This document shows, piece by piece, positions 8,549 to 19,297 of a stretch of 63,492 nt of DNA; the stretch's first letter is position 1; the number at the start of each line of letters is the position of its first letter. The notes beneath the pieces are model-generated. The model made no database searches. It had not been told where the DNA came from and worked only from the letters and a program-made list of their open reading frames with translations. The position numbers and the translations under genes are program-made. Where the stretch lies: positions 1 through 63,492 of the forward strand of contig JBDRSV010000001.1 of the NCBI GenBank assembly GCA_043824495.1. The letters are read 5' to 3'. The DNA is from Candidatus Aenigmatarchaeota archaeon. Its GTDB lineage: Archaea; Aenigmatarchaeota; Aenigmatarchaeia; QMZP01.

Positions 8549-9826
8549 ATGCAACCACCTAGAGGAACTCGAGACTTCATGCCAGAAGAAATGGTGAAAA
8601 GAAACTATATGTTTAGAACTATCTCTGAAGTTTTCGAGAGTTTTGGTTTCAAGCCTTTGGAGACTCCTGCTTTTGAATCATGGGAATTACTTGCAAAGAA
8701 AGGTGGAGGAGGAGACGAAGTCAAAAATGAAATTTATTATTTCAAGGATAAATCAGATAGAGAACTTGGATTGAGATTTGATTTAACTGTTCCTATGACC
8801 CGTGTTGTGGCAAGCAATCCACAACTACCAAAACCATTCAAGAGATATCAGATTGGAAGAGTGTGGAGATATGACAGACCTCAAGCTGGACGCTTCAGAG
8901 AATTCTGGCAAGCTGATGTAGATGTAGTTGGTTCTGCAAGCATGAAAGCTGATTCTGAATGTTTATTAGTAGCTGTGAGAGCTTTGGAAGCTCTTGGTTT
9001 CCAGAAATTTGTTGTCAGAGTAAACAACAGAAAAATTCTGAATGGATTAATAGAACTTGTCAAAATAAAGGACAGGGTTGGTGTTTTCAGGAGTTTGGAT
9101 AAGTTGGAAAAGATTGGAAAGAAAGGTGTTATGGAAGAACTTTCATCCAAAAATGTTTCTAAGAAGGATGCTGAGAAGTTATTTAGTTTAATAGAATTGA
9201 AAGGAAAACCAGATGATATGATTAAGAAGGGGAGAAGCTTGCTCAAAGGGATCAAGATAGCTGAAGAGGGAATGGATGAACTAGAAACAATGATTACAGA
9301 GGCAAAGATGTATGAAATTTCAGATTACATAATATTTGATTTCAGTCTTGTCAGAGGATTAGACTATTACACAGGTCCTATATTCGAAGTATTTGAAAAG
9401 GGATTTGAGAATTTAGGATCCATATCAGCTGGTGGTAGATACGACAAAATGATCGGAATGTATGGTAGAGACACACCAGCTACTGGTATTTCTCTGGGAA
9501 TAGAAAGAATTTACGAGATTATGAAAGAGAGAAAAATGTTCAAAACTTCTGGTGTTACTAAAGCATTTGTTTTGTGCATGAATGACAGTGTAAGAAAGGA
9601 CGCTATCAAACTATCCCAAGAACTTAGAAAAAACAATATAAACAATGAGATAGACTTGATTGGAAGAGATTTTAGAAAACAGTTAGATTATGCTAATTCT
9701 ACAAACATACCATTCGTGGTTTTTGTGGGTGAAAAAGAAGTCAAAACTAAGAAATTCACTCTAAAAGACATGAAATCGGGAAAACAAGAGTTATTCAGCT
9801 TACAAGATCTTATTAAGAAGCTTTAG
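8549..9826 (+). CDS. hisS: Histidyl-tRNA synthetase
   Basis: 'PPRGTRDF', 'LRFDLTVP', 'RYDRPQAGRFREFWQADVD', 'RGLDYYTG', 'AGGRYD'. Confidence 0.97.
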   Translation: MQPPRGTRDFMPEEMVKRNYMFRTISEVFESFGFKPLETPAFESWELLAKKGGGGDEVKNEIYYFKDKSDRELGLRFDLTVPMTRVVASNPQLPKPFKRYQIGRVWRYDRPQAGRFREFWQADVDVVGSASMKADSECLLVAVRALEALGFQKFVVRVNNRKILNGLIELVKIKDRVGVFRSLDKLEKIGKKGVMEELSSKNVSKKDAEKLFSLIELKGKPDDMIKKGRSLLKGIKIAEEGMDELETMITEAKMYEISDYIIFDFSLVRGLDYYTGPIFEVFEKGFENLGSISAGGRYDKMIGMYGRDTPATGISLGIERIYEIMKERKMFKTSGVTKAFVLCMNDSVRKDAIKLSQELRKNNINNEIDLIGRDFRKQLDYANSTNIPFVVFVGEKEVKTKKFTLKDMKSGKQELFSLQDLIKKL

Positions 9827-9856
9827 CTTTTTTATGAGCTCGACCAATTATATACT

Positions 9857-12800
9857 ATGTGTATATACGGTAAGAGAAAAGCAGTTAGTTTAACTCTAGG
9901 TATATTAGTTATAACTGTTGCTCTTGTTTCTGTTTTTATGATATCTAATGCGAATGCACACGATCTAGGTATTGAAGTTTTTACCATAAATAGTTGGGAT
10001 GTAGAAACTGGGAATCTTGACGTTTTAGTAACTCTCAGTTGGACCATCAGAGAGAGTGGCTTTGAAATAAGGTATGCCAATGCTCCTTTGGGTTCTTCTT
10101 TCTGTAATAGTAATGATGACGATCTGTGGACTGAGTGGCTACCTATGCCTATTGGTTCTCCATTAAATATACAATGGAATTTATTAGAAGGGGAATCAGG
10201 TGAGAGAACTGTTTGTATGGAGGCTAGACACAACGAGTTCGGTATACACGATTATCAAAGCAGAAGTGATTCTATAATATATGATTCTCTCCTAAGTGGA
10301 GAAATTATTAATTTTGAAATAAATAACGGGAATTTCGAAACTTGGGAGTTAGATGTAAGTCTAGAAGTTGAGAGGAACACATATCTACCTGATTATGTAA
10401 TAAGATATGGTGAATTTATTGGAGATGGTAGCTGTGATAATGTTCAATCTTTTGATTGGTCACCGTCGGAGCCTTTAACTTCGAGGGTAACTATTAGTGA
10501 TTGGACTCTTATGGAAGGACCTTCAGGATACAGAACAGTTTGTGCACTAATGTTTCATATAACTGACCTGGAAAGAGTTGTTCAAGAAGTTTCAGATAAG
10601 ATATACTACAATGCGCCAATAGAATCTTTTGTAATAAATGATGATGATGTTAAAACACACTCTCTGGATGTTGAATTAGATCTCATATGGAATGAAGTTA
10701 GTGATATTGGTTATTTTGTGAGATTCGCGAATGATGATACAGGATTCATAGAGCACTGTGATTTTGGTGTAGAAATGTATTCAGATCCTATTCCTTTTGA
10801 CGGCACTGTTGAAAATTACCCGTGGACACTTGCTTCAGGAGGAGATGAAACAAAAATTGTGTGTGCACAAATAGGTTATTTGAGCGGAGAATCATTCTCT
10901 ATTGAGAGAGTTGCAGTTGATGATATATTATATGATGAGTTTGTAACAAATCCTGAACTTCCACAATCTTGTGGAACTGACATGGTTTTGGTAATGGACA
11001 GTTCTGGAAGTATAGACGCACTCGAGTTAGATCAGATGAGGAACGCATTTCAAATATTTCCTCAACATTTTATGCCAGCCACACCAACTGAAATAGCTTT
11101 AGTCGATTTTGACACTCATGTTGAAGTCATTCAGGTGTTCACAGATAATAAAAATACTATTCAGAATGCTATCAATAGTCCTTCTATTACTTCTGGTGGA
11201 AGCACAAACTGGGAAGCCGCTTTAATAGAAGCGCATAATTTATTTCCACACAGAGACAATCCAAATCTGATTATTTTTGCTTCCGATGGAAATCCTAATG
11301 TGTGCTATGATTGTCCAGGCGATGCTTTCCAACAGGCACTTGACCTTGCGATAGACGCAGCAAATGATATAAAAAGAGACGGCATCAGAATAATAACAAT
11401 TGGCATCGGAAATCAGTTAACTCCCTGGAATTTAGAAGCTATATCCAGTCCTGATGCATTTTACACATCTGATTTCGATACTCTCGCTGATGATTTAGCT
11501 ACATTAGCTCTTGAACTCTGTGGAGGAGTTGACACAATTATAACAGCTCCACCAGAAGGTGAATGGCAAGGCAATGATTTCTTTGTTTATGTAGAAGATC
11601 ACAGTCTTCTTGACAGACCTCTAGCAGATCTTTCATGTGAATATATGGTAACAAGTGGAGCAGCTGTAACTGTTCCATGGTCATCAAGAGTTTGCAATGA
11701 CACAATCGAATTAACTGTGGGTAACACACCTGGATTTAATTGTTATACTCAGGGATTTGAAACATGTGGAATCCGTACTAGAATGACTGACACTATGAGA
11801 GATAATGTAGATGAGGATTCCAGATATTTCAGCATAGATTCCATGGAACCATCATTCACTGATTTTAGTTCTGATAATTGTGCTTACGTAGATGTTAATG
11901 TTTGTTGGGTTAGAGAGGGAGATCATACGTATCACAACATAGAACACACAGACACTGGGACTTTACCAGATAAACAATACTTATCATTCACTCTTGATGG
12001 GTGCCAACCAGGCAATTGTGGTCTACCATGGGATGCATATGAAGTCAGATCTTATGATATTGTCCACTTATCTGGAGGTGGAACAGACGGATTCTTTGAT
12101 GTAGAAACTCCTGATTTCGTTAATGATGCGTACATGAATATAGAAGGAGCTTGGTGCCTTTCTGGCGATTGTTCAGGACCAATTGCAAGACAAGAATTCC
12201 TTGTTACTGCTGGTAATGTCGATGAAGATTTCTTAATATGGGTTGATGTATATGACAGAGCTGGAAACAATATTGGTTTCACAAGCACTAATTCATGGTA
12301 CAAGCTAGATAATTCACCACCAGAAATTTCAATAAACATAGCTGGAACTGAAACATATTCAAGAGATGTAACAATTGATTTGACTGCAATTGATAGAAGA
12401 TCTGGTCTAAAAGAATGTAGAATAGGATATGATGATGGTACCTGGGATCCTTGGACAACTAATTGTAACATAGAAGAATTCCCAGTTCAACTAACCGCTG
12501 GTCTTGGTACAAAAACTATGTTTTTTGAAGCAGTAGATAATGTTGGTCATACATCTCAAGTAAGTGATGACATTGAATTGATTCCTCTTCCAACAGATCT
12601 CAGCATAATAATTGAAATAAATGATGGAGACGTTTACACAAACGATACCAATATAGTGTTAAATCTGGAGAGATCCTCAGATAATATAGTTGATTATAGA
12701 TTATGGAATGATACAGAAACTCCAATACCATGGCCCGGTATTGGTATAGTAGGATTATCATGGACAGTTCCAGCTACATTAACTCCTGGTATTGATGGTG

Positions 12801-14248
12801 TTAGAACTGTATGGGCCGAGATTAGAAACACAACAGGTGGAACTGCTTTAGATAGTGACGGAATAACACTAGACATGACTCCACCAACATGTAGTGTTGA
12901 TCCTCTTCCACAATTCATTCCTGACGAGAGCTTTGAGGTTAAATGGAATGCAAATGATGTTCTATCTGGAATGGCTGCAACAGGAGCTTTATTTAATCAG
13001 AGTTCAAGCTGGATCCAAATAGGAACATTTTGTTCTCAAATTTCTCATGGAATAGACGGTGGAACATACTCATGTGATTTCCCTGTTGGAGAAACTCGTT
13101 CCTTTAGATGTTGGGCAAGGGATGTTGCTGGAAATTATTATGAATCTATAGAAACTTCTACCACAACTGTGATATCAGGCACAGGTCCTATTGCTTATTT
13201 CACAGCTCTTCCTGACTGGATGAATGATTTGAAAAATGCATGGACAGGGGATGTTGATTCAGGTGATTATAAATTCACACTAGAATGGGATGTTCAGCCA
13301 GGACCGGGAACATTCACTTGTTTCGATGTTGAGTGGAGTAAAGACGGAACTAATTATTTCCCAATTGTTTATAATGCAGCAGGTGATGACACGACTTGTA
13401 CAAATATCAAAAGTTTAGAATTTGGTTCTGGAAATTATCCTGAAAATTTAGCTGAAGGAACAAATTATCAATTTAGAGTAAGAGGTCATAATGATATTCC
13501 TATAACAGGAGAATGGTCACTAGAACACACAACATTAGATGTTAGTGGACCTATTCTCAACGTAAAGAATGTATTATCCAGTGTAAACACAACATCTAAT
13601 GCAACTGATATGATTTCTGGTATTGCTTCTCATACAATAGATTGGGACACAGGAACCAGTGGTGGATTAGTAAACTGTCCTGTAACAGGTCCTGGTATAA
13701 GCAGTATATGTAATAATTATTTAGCATCAAATCGGGTTAAATTATTTGTAAAGGCTGTTGATTATGGCGGTCTTGAAACAACAGAAACTTTCTCTATAGG
13801 AAGTATGGTAGATTTCTTATTACAAGAACTTAGACTTGTTCTTGGTAGTAAACATAATCTAAAAGTTGTTGCAAGAAACATAGATCCTGTACAAACAGAC
13901 ATCACACTCAATCTCTATGGAAATTACCCTTTAGAACTTGTAAAATTCCTGAATGTAAGTTCACACGAAGATTTTGCTATAACAAATAATGGTAAGACAG
14001 CAACAATCTATAACATAGATAAAAACAAAGAAGCCGTATTCTTTGTTCAGGTTTCTTCTTCAGATCACGACGAGTATGGAAAATACTTAAAAATAAATGC
14101 AACTTCTGCAGAAGGTACTGAAGGATCAGATGAAATTCTTATTTACGTTTCATATCCTTCTCTTTTCCCTGGACTGAATGATATTGCTGTTCTGGTTCTA
14201 ATAATCATTGCTGTTGGTATTTTCTACAGGAAAAACCGAAAAGAATGA
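9857..14248 (+). CDS. Large surface protein with vWA domain and Ig-like repeats (family A, member 2)
   Basis: N-terminal TM/signal; vWA 'LVMDSSGS...GSTNW...ASDGNP'; C-terminus SYPSLFPGLNDIA + TM + RKNRKE. Confidence 0.8.
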   Translation: MCIYGKRKAVSLTLGILVITVALVSVFMISNANAHDLGIEVFTINSWDVETGNLDVLVTLSWTIRESGFEIRYANAPLGSSFCNSNDDDLWTEWLPMPIGSPLNIQWNLLEGESGERTVCMEARHNEFGIHDYQSRSDSIIYDSLLSGEIINFEINNGNFETWELDVSLEVERNTYLPDYVIRYGEFIGDGSCDNVQSFDWSPSEPLTSRVTISDWTLMEGPSGYRTVCALMFHITDLERVVQEVSDKIYYNAPIESFVINDDDVKTHSLDVELDLIWNEVSDIGYFVRFANDDTGFIEHCDFGVEMYSDPIPFDGTVENYPWTLASGGDETKIVCAQIGYLSGESFSIERVAVDDILYDEFVTNPELPQSCGTDMVLVMDSSGSIDALELDQMRNAFQIFPQHFMPATPTEIALVDFDTHVEVIQVFTDNKNTIQNAINSPSITSGGSTNWEAALIEAHNLFPHRDNPNLIIFASDGNPNVCYDCPGDAFQQALDLAIDAANDIKRDGIRIITIGIGNQLTPWNLEAISSPDAFYTSDFDTLADDLATLALELCGGVDTIITAPPEGEWQGNDFFVYVEDHSLLDRPLADLSCEYMVTSGAAVTVPWSSRVCNDTIELTVGNTPGFNCYTQGFETCGIRTRMTDTMRDNVDEDSRYFSIDSMEPSFTDFSSDNCAYVDVNVCWVREGDHTYHNIEHTDTGTLPDKQYLSFTLDGCQPGNCGLPWDAYEVRSYDIVHLSGGGTDGFFDVETPDFVNDAYMNIEGAWCLSGDCSGPIARQEFLVTAGNVDEDFLIWVDVYDRAGNNIGFTSTNSWYKLDNSPPEISINIAGTETYSRDVTIDLTAIDRRSGLKECRIGYDDGTWDPWTTNCNIEEFPVQLTAGLGTKTMFFEAVDNVGHTSQVSDDIELIPLPTDLSIIIEINDGDVYTNDTNIVLNLERSSDNIVDYRLWNDTETPIPWPGIGIVGLSWTVPATLTPGIDGVRTVWAEIRNTTGGTALDSDGITLDMTPPTCSVDPLPQFIPDESFEVKWNANDVLSGMAATGALFNQSSSWIQIGTFCSQISHGIDGGTYSCDFPVGETRSFRCWARDVAGNYYESIETSTTTVISGTGPIAYFTALPDWMNDLKNAWTGDVDSGDYKFTLEWDVQPGPGTFTCFDVEWSKDGTNYFPIVYNAAGDDTTCTNIKSLEFGSGNYPENLAEGTNYQFRVRGHNDIPITGEWSLEHTTLDVSGPILNVKNVLSSVNTTSNATDMISGIASHTIDWDTGTSGGLVNCPVTGPGISSICNNYLASNRVKLFVKAVDYGGLETTETFSIGSMVDFLLQELRLVLGSKHNLKVVARNIDPVQTDITLNLYGNYPLELVKFLNVSSHEDFAITNNGKTATIYNIDKNKEAVFFVQVSSSDHDEYGKYLKINATSAEGTEGSDEILIYVSYPSLFPGLNDIAVLVLIIIAVGIFYRKNRKE

Positions 14249-14294
14249 TATAAGAACTATTTTTATGGACTAAACTAATATATTATAGTATTAT

Positions 14295-17200
14295 ATGAAA
14301 GAAATAATATTGGTTGTATTTATTGTATTATTATCATTGTTCTTGTTCCCTCAGGCAAGTTTATCCGCTCCAATCATAGGATGTGGTAATGGTTATATTG
14401 ACCCTGGGGACCAGTGCGAAACTATTGGACAATACCAGAATAAGCCTATGCACAATTGTATAGATTTTGGTTATGATGACAGTCATGGTTATCCTAATTC
14501 TCAGACGGTGACTCCATGCAATGGATGTGGATATGATACAAGTGTTTGCGGTTCTCTTTGGGGGTCAGCTGTTCAAGGACCTCCTCCAAGCGGAAGTTGT
14601 GGAGATGGTAGATTGAATCCTGGAGAACAGTGCGATCCAAGTTTACCACAAACCTTTAGCTGCGGCATGTTCGGCTTTCAGAGCCAGGTAAGTCCCGGGG
14701 CATATTGTGACCCTGTGACATGCCAGATAAATGTAGACAACTGCAGATATCCATGGCAGTGTAATATAGATGATTGTTATACAAACCTTGTAGGCGGAGC
14801 ATCAAGAAATTCCAGGTGTGTATACGAGCTTGATCCAGAAACACTGAAAATACTACAAGAAGGATATCAAACGTGCGATGTTAATCCGGATGGATCTAGT
14901 CCTGGACTCGGTAACTTATACAAGAGATGGGATTATGAACTTGATAGGGAATGCTCAACTTATTTGCCTCCTCACCCAGATCAGGGAAGCGCAAATGTAA
15001 GTTTTGGTATCTGTCAGCCTACAGATTATTGTGATGATGCCCTGTCTCTGACTGAAGATATTCCATGCATCAAGAAATGCGAAACTGGGAATGATATTAT
15101 AGGAAATTTTGATGGTATTATGAAGGAAATAGGAAATGATGTTAATGGCAACGGTTTTGTAGATGTTGGGGACACTGTCAAATTCACAGTATCTGTTGGG
15201 AGCGGCAGATGCAATCTTGTTGATTATCTACAACTTGATTTGCAGGATGCTTCAGGAACATGCTTAATTAAATTTAGTGGTGGACATATATCAGGAGCCG
15301 GAGTTACAAATCCGACTTTATATGACATCGTTTTTGGAGCAGAAATTCGTGCAGATAATATAACAGGAGAATGGCTTGTTACTGACATACCAGCAAACTG
15401 CCAGGGAAAAGTAATAAGCCTGGTTACAAAAGCAGAACTGTATGAAGACTCAGAATACCCAGGAGATCCTGATGGAATTCTTCTCGATACATATTCTATT
15501 CCGGTATCTGGAGATTGGCAACAAGGCATTTTCATTCTAGGATTTCCAGGCAACTACGCTGATACTGAAATAATATCCCCTCCAGCAAACACGTGGGTTG
15601 GTCCTACATATGATTTTACTGTAGATGTATCAGATCAGGGAACCAATTTGCAATGTTTTTATACAGTTTGGACTGGTGGTGTATTTACCCGAGATGCAAT
15701 ACCAAGAACATGTGATACTACCCAACAAATAACTGTAGGTGCAGGTCAAGACTGCAGAGATCACGGTGTTAGTGCATGTTATGTGTACACCGGAGCTCAG
15801 GATTCAACAGATCCTGGATCAATATATGACATAGATAGTAGAGTATTTAATGTTGATCTAACCAATCCTACATTTGATAGTTTCAGCATACTAGGTTGTG
15901 ATTATACCAGTGGAACTGATTGCTGGGTAAATGCAAATACGTTTACTCTACATAGGATAGGTCATACAGATACGGGAAGCTTGGCTAGTCACCAATACCT
16001 CTCTCTTACAAAAGATGGATGTACTCCAAACAGCTGTGCTGCTGGAAACGAAATAAAATCTTACGCTTATGTGCAACTTCCAGGAGGAGATGTGAACAAG
16101 TTTCATGATTGGATGGTAAATGATGCGTACATGAATATAATAGGTGCTTCATGCTCATTACCTAACTGTGTAGGGGTGGAAACTATTCAACAAGACTTTA
16201 CAGTTCTTACAGGCAACACAGAAGGGGATTTCAGGAACTGGGTTTTTATGTATGATAAGGTATCGAACCCTGTTGGATACACAGCCACACCGTGGTGGTA
16301 TAGGATAGACAACACACTACCAACAGCTAGCATTGTTATTGATAGTGGAAGCACCCTGACAACAAGTACAACTGTGACACTTACACTATCATCCAGCGAT
16401 GGTAGATCAGGACTAAACAATATGAAGTGTAAGATATGGAACAATGGTGATCTAGAACCTTCATGGTCTGCTTGTCCAGGAGCTTCAACATCTTGGACAA
16501 TAGCCGGAAATCCTAGCAACATAGTATATTATAAAGTAAGTGATTATGTCGGCCTTACGTTTGTAGCAAGCGATAGTATTAACTATCTGAATCCCAGTGA
16601 AGCCGGATCACCATTTACTAACATAACATCACCTGAAGAACACACATGGTTCAACAATAATTTTAATATAGACGTGAATGACACGAATGCTGACTCATGT
16701 GAATTTAACAGCAGTACAGGTGATGTTCCTGTGTCTTGGAAGACAAGAACATGCGATACAACAGCTTCCGTATGGGTAGGGACTGGAGCATCAGACATCT
16801 GCTCAACTGAAGGATATGATCAATGTATTGTGTATGTACGTGCATCCAATTCCTCTCTTGGTCTTGATGCTATAGACTATATGAATTACAGTGTAGACTG
16901 GACAATCCCAGGTTTTGATGGCTACTCTGTCACGGGCTGTGATTATGTAAAAGGGAATGATTGTTGGGTTAAGGTTGGAACGACAACACAACATAGCATG
17001 TCATTCAATGATCCGATTAGCAAGCCAAGAAGGAATAATATTTATTTCATGGATATTCCATGTCCAACGGTTAGCTTCTGTGGAGATGGAAATGAAGTAT
17101 CAGCTTATGTTGATGTTTACGATAGTCATAGATTTTACGAAAATGTTCAGTGGGATAGTTTACTGGATATAACCGATGTTACTTGTACTAATGGATGCTC

Positions 17201-19295
17201 TCCTGGAAGCGTATCTGTTACAGAAAGGTGGGGTGTAACTGCAGGGGTCAATGAACATGATCTAAAAATAAGACATTACGTTTTTGATATGGCATGGAAT
17301 AAAATATTATCCGACACTGGATATTTCTATAAACTAGACAACACATTTCCTAATGGATCAATTGATATAAACAACGACGCTCCTGAAACTTTTAATCGTG
17401 TCGTTACACTTGGTTTGGTATCAAACGATTCTAGATCAGGTCTAAAATACTGTAGAATAGGTTATGACAATGGAACATGGGAATTTTGGTCTAGAACTTA
17501 CTGTAATGGAAACATCCAAGTTACGTTACCTGATAATTTTGGTTCTAGGGCAATATACTTCGAGGTCATGGATAACGTAAGTCATGTAATGCAAACAAGT
17601 GATAATATTCAATACAGTCCTATAGGAAACTCCATAGGAGTTGATCTGAGTATAACAAGCTCCTATCCTCCTTGGGCAACCCAGATCATGGGAACTTTAA
17701 ACATGTGGACATCAGATGATGTCATAGAGTATAAAATATGGAATCAGTCAGATGGTGAGCCAGCAAACTGGCAAAGCATAGTGAGCCATTCCTGGTCACA
17801 ACCATTCTCTTACACACCAAGTGATGGACCTAAAACTATATGGACAGTTGTTAGGAATAGTACAAACGATGTGTTGTATGACTGGGATTCTAGAACACTA
17901 GATACAATATCCCCATCATGTTCTGTTTCATCTCCTGCATCCAGCACAAGTCCATTTGTTGTTTCGTGGAGCGCTTCTAACGATATTAATGGGATAGCAA
18001 GCTACGTTGTACAAACAAACAGGACAGGAGTATGGGTTAGTATCAACTATGGTAATCTTCCTGGAGATCAGTGTGTAGTAGCTGGAACCCAGGCCACGTG
18101 CACCGTACCTGCCGGTAAAACATATGCATTCAAGTGCAGAGCTCGCGATGTCCCAGGGAATTGGGGAAACTTTGGACCAGAGGCATGGACAACCGTAGTA
18201 CCTAGCGGAGGACCAAATACATATTTCACACCACAACCAGACGCAATGCCTGATTGGACACATAATGAAACAACCATATGGACTGGAGGTAATGGAGATT
18301 CTGGGGACTTCAGTTTCTGGATAAGATGGGACACATCAGAAAATCCAGATCTTGTAGATTGTTATCAAGTTCAATGGAAAAGCGCACCAAATCCAACATG
18401 GCGTTATGTTATTCGTGCGGCAGGACAAGATCTTAGCTGCACACAACTTGAAGAAATTAATTTTGGTGTTGGGAATTTCCCTGAAGATTTAGTTGAAGGA
18501 GAATTATACACATTCCGTGTTAGAGCTAATAACACATTTGGTGAATGGGGACCTTGGTCAACAGAAGAACAGACAACAATTGATGTAAGTGGCCCTATTG
18601 TTACTGTAGTGCATGTATTAGGTAGTGTCACCACATCATCAGATGCAATAGACATGATTTCAGGAATAGCAAGTAATATACTAGCTTGGGATGCAGGCCC
18701 ATTCGGTAGTGGAAGTGTTGACTGTGGTGCATCTGCACCTGCTGTAAGCAGTTATTGTGAAAATACTGTTAATGGAAATTCGGTGAGAGGAACAGTAACA
18801 GCTTTTGATAATGGCGGTTTAAGTACTGTGATCTTCTTCTCCATAGGAGACATGGTAGAATTCTTACTAAATGATTTGAGACTTGTTTTAGGCGGATCAC
18901 ATAATCTTAAAGCTTTGGTTAGAAACATAGATGATGTCACAACAAACATAACTCTTACACTAGAGGGTACTTATCCTATGGAGTTATCTAAATTCCTTGA
19001 TGTGAGCACACATGATTATTACACATTATCCAACAGCAATCAAGTATTAGAAATAGGTGATATAGAACCAGACCAAGAAGCTATAGTATACATACAAGTA
19101 AGATCTTCTGACATTGATCTTTTAGGAAAGGTTCTAACAATACGCGGACAATCTTTAGAAGGATCAGTAGAAACAGATGACATCAGAATAATAGTTTCTT
19201 ATCCTGCATTATTCCCTGGGTTAAATGATGTAGCTGTTTTACTTCTTGTAATCATATCTGTAGGATTATTTTATAAAATAAATAGAAAGAAATAA
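14295..19295 (+). CDS. Large Cys-rich surface protein (family A, member 3)
   Basis: Signal peptide; CGDG..GEQCD repeats; an internally duplicated EIISPP/ITSPE module; C-terminus SYPALFPGLNDVA + TM + KINRKK. Confidence 0.8.
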   Translation: MKEIILVVFIVLLSLFLFPQASLSAPIIGCGNGYIDPGDQCETIGQYQNKPMHNCIDFGYDDSHGYPNSQTVTPCNGCGYDTSVCGSLWGSAVQGPPPSGSCGDGRLNPGEQCDPSLPQTFSCGMFGFQSQVSPGAYCDPVTCQINVDNCRYPWQCNIDDCYTNLVGGASRNSRCVYELDPETLKILQEGYQTCDVNPDGSSPGLGNLYKRWDYELDRECSTYLPPHPDQGSANVSFGICQPTDYCDDALSLTEDIPCIKKCETGNDIIGNFDGIMKEIGNDVNGNGFVDVGDTVKFTVSVGSGRCNLVDYLQLDLQDASGTCLIKFSGGHISGAGVTNPTLYDIVFGAEIRADNITGEWLVTDIPANCQGKVISLVTKAELYEDSEYPGDPDGILLDTYSIPVSGDWQQGIFILGFPGNYADTEIISPPANTWVGPTYDFTVDVSDQGTNLQCFYTVWTGGVFTRDAIPRTCDTTQQITVGAGQDCRDHGVSACYVYTGAQDSTDPGSIYDIDSRVFNVDLTNPTFDSFSILGCDYTSGTDCWVNANTFTLHRIGHTDTGSLASHQYLSLTKDGCTPNSCAAGNEIKSYAYVQLPGGDVNKFHDWMVNDAYMNIIGASCSLPNCVGVETIQQDFTVLTGNTEGDFRNWVFMYDKVSNPVGYTATPWWYRIDNTLPTASIVIDSGSTLTTSTTVTLTLSSSDGRSGLNNMKCKIWNNGDLEPSWSACPGASTSWTIAGNPSNIVYYKVSDYVGLTFVASDSINYLNPSEAGSPFTNITSPEEHTWFNNNFNIDVNDTNADSCEFNSSTGDVPVSWKTRTCDTTASVWVGTGASDICSTEGYDQCIVYVRASNSSLGLDAIDYMNYSVDWTIPGFDGYSVTGCDYVKGNDCWVKVGTTTQHSMSFNDPISKPRRNNIYFMDIPCPTVSFCGDGNEVSAYVDVYDSHRFYENVQWDSLLDITDVTCTNGCSPGSVSVTERWGVTAGVNEHDLKIRHYVFDMAWNKILSDTGYFYKLDNTFPNGSIDINNDAPETFNRVVTLGLVSNDSRSGLKYCRIGYDNGTWEFWSRTYCNGNIQVTLPDNFGSRAIYFEVMDNVSHVMQTSDNIQYSPIGNSIGVDLSITSSYPPWATQIMGTLNMWTSDDVIEYKIWNQSDGEPANWQSIVSHSWSQPFSYTPSDGPKTIWTVVRNSTNDVLYDWDSRTLDTISPSCSVSSPASSTSPFVVSWSASNDINGIASYVVQTNRTGVWVSINYGNLPGDQCVVAGTQATCTVPAGKTYAFKCRARDVPGNWGNFGPEAWTTVVPSGGPNTYFTPQPDAMPDWTHNETTIWTGGNGDSGDFSFWIRWDTSENPDLVDCYQVQWKSAPNPTWRYVIRAAGQDLSCTQLEEINFGVGNFPEDLVEGELYTFRVRANNTFGEWGPWSTEEQTTIDVSGPIVTVVHVLGSVTTSSDAIDMISGIASNILAWDAGPFGSGSVDCGASAPAVSSYCENTVNGNSVRGTVTAFDNGGLSTVIFFSIGDMVEFLLNDLRLVLGGSHNLKALVRNIDDVTTNITLTLEGTYPMELSKFLDVSTHDYYTLSNSNQVLEIGDIEPDQEAIVYIQVRSSDIDLLGKVLTIRGQSLEGSVETDDIRIIVSYPALFPGLNDVAVLLLVIISVGLFYKINRKK

Positions 19296-19297
19296 TC

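Noticed and set aside
1817-9826. Genome-wide TAG recoding
   Set aside because: TAG terminates genes at natural ends (1817-1819, 3463-3465, 8517-8519, 9824-9826).
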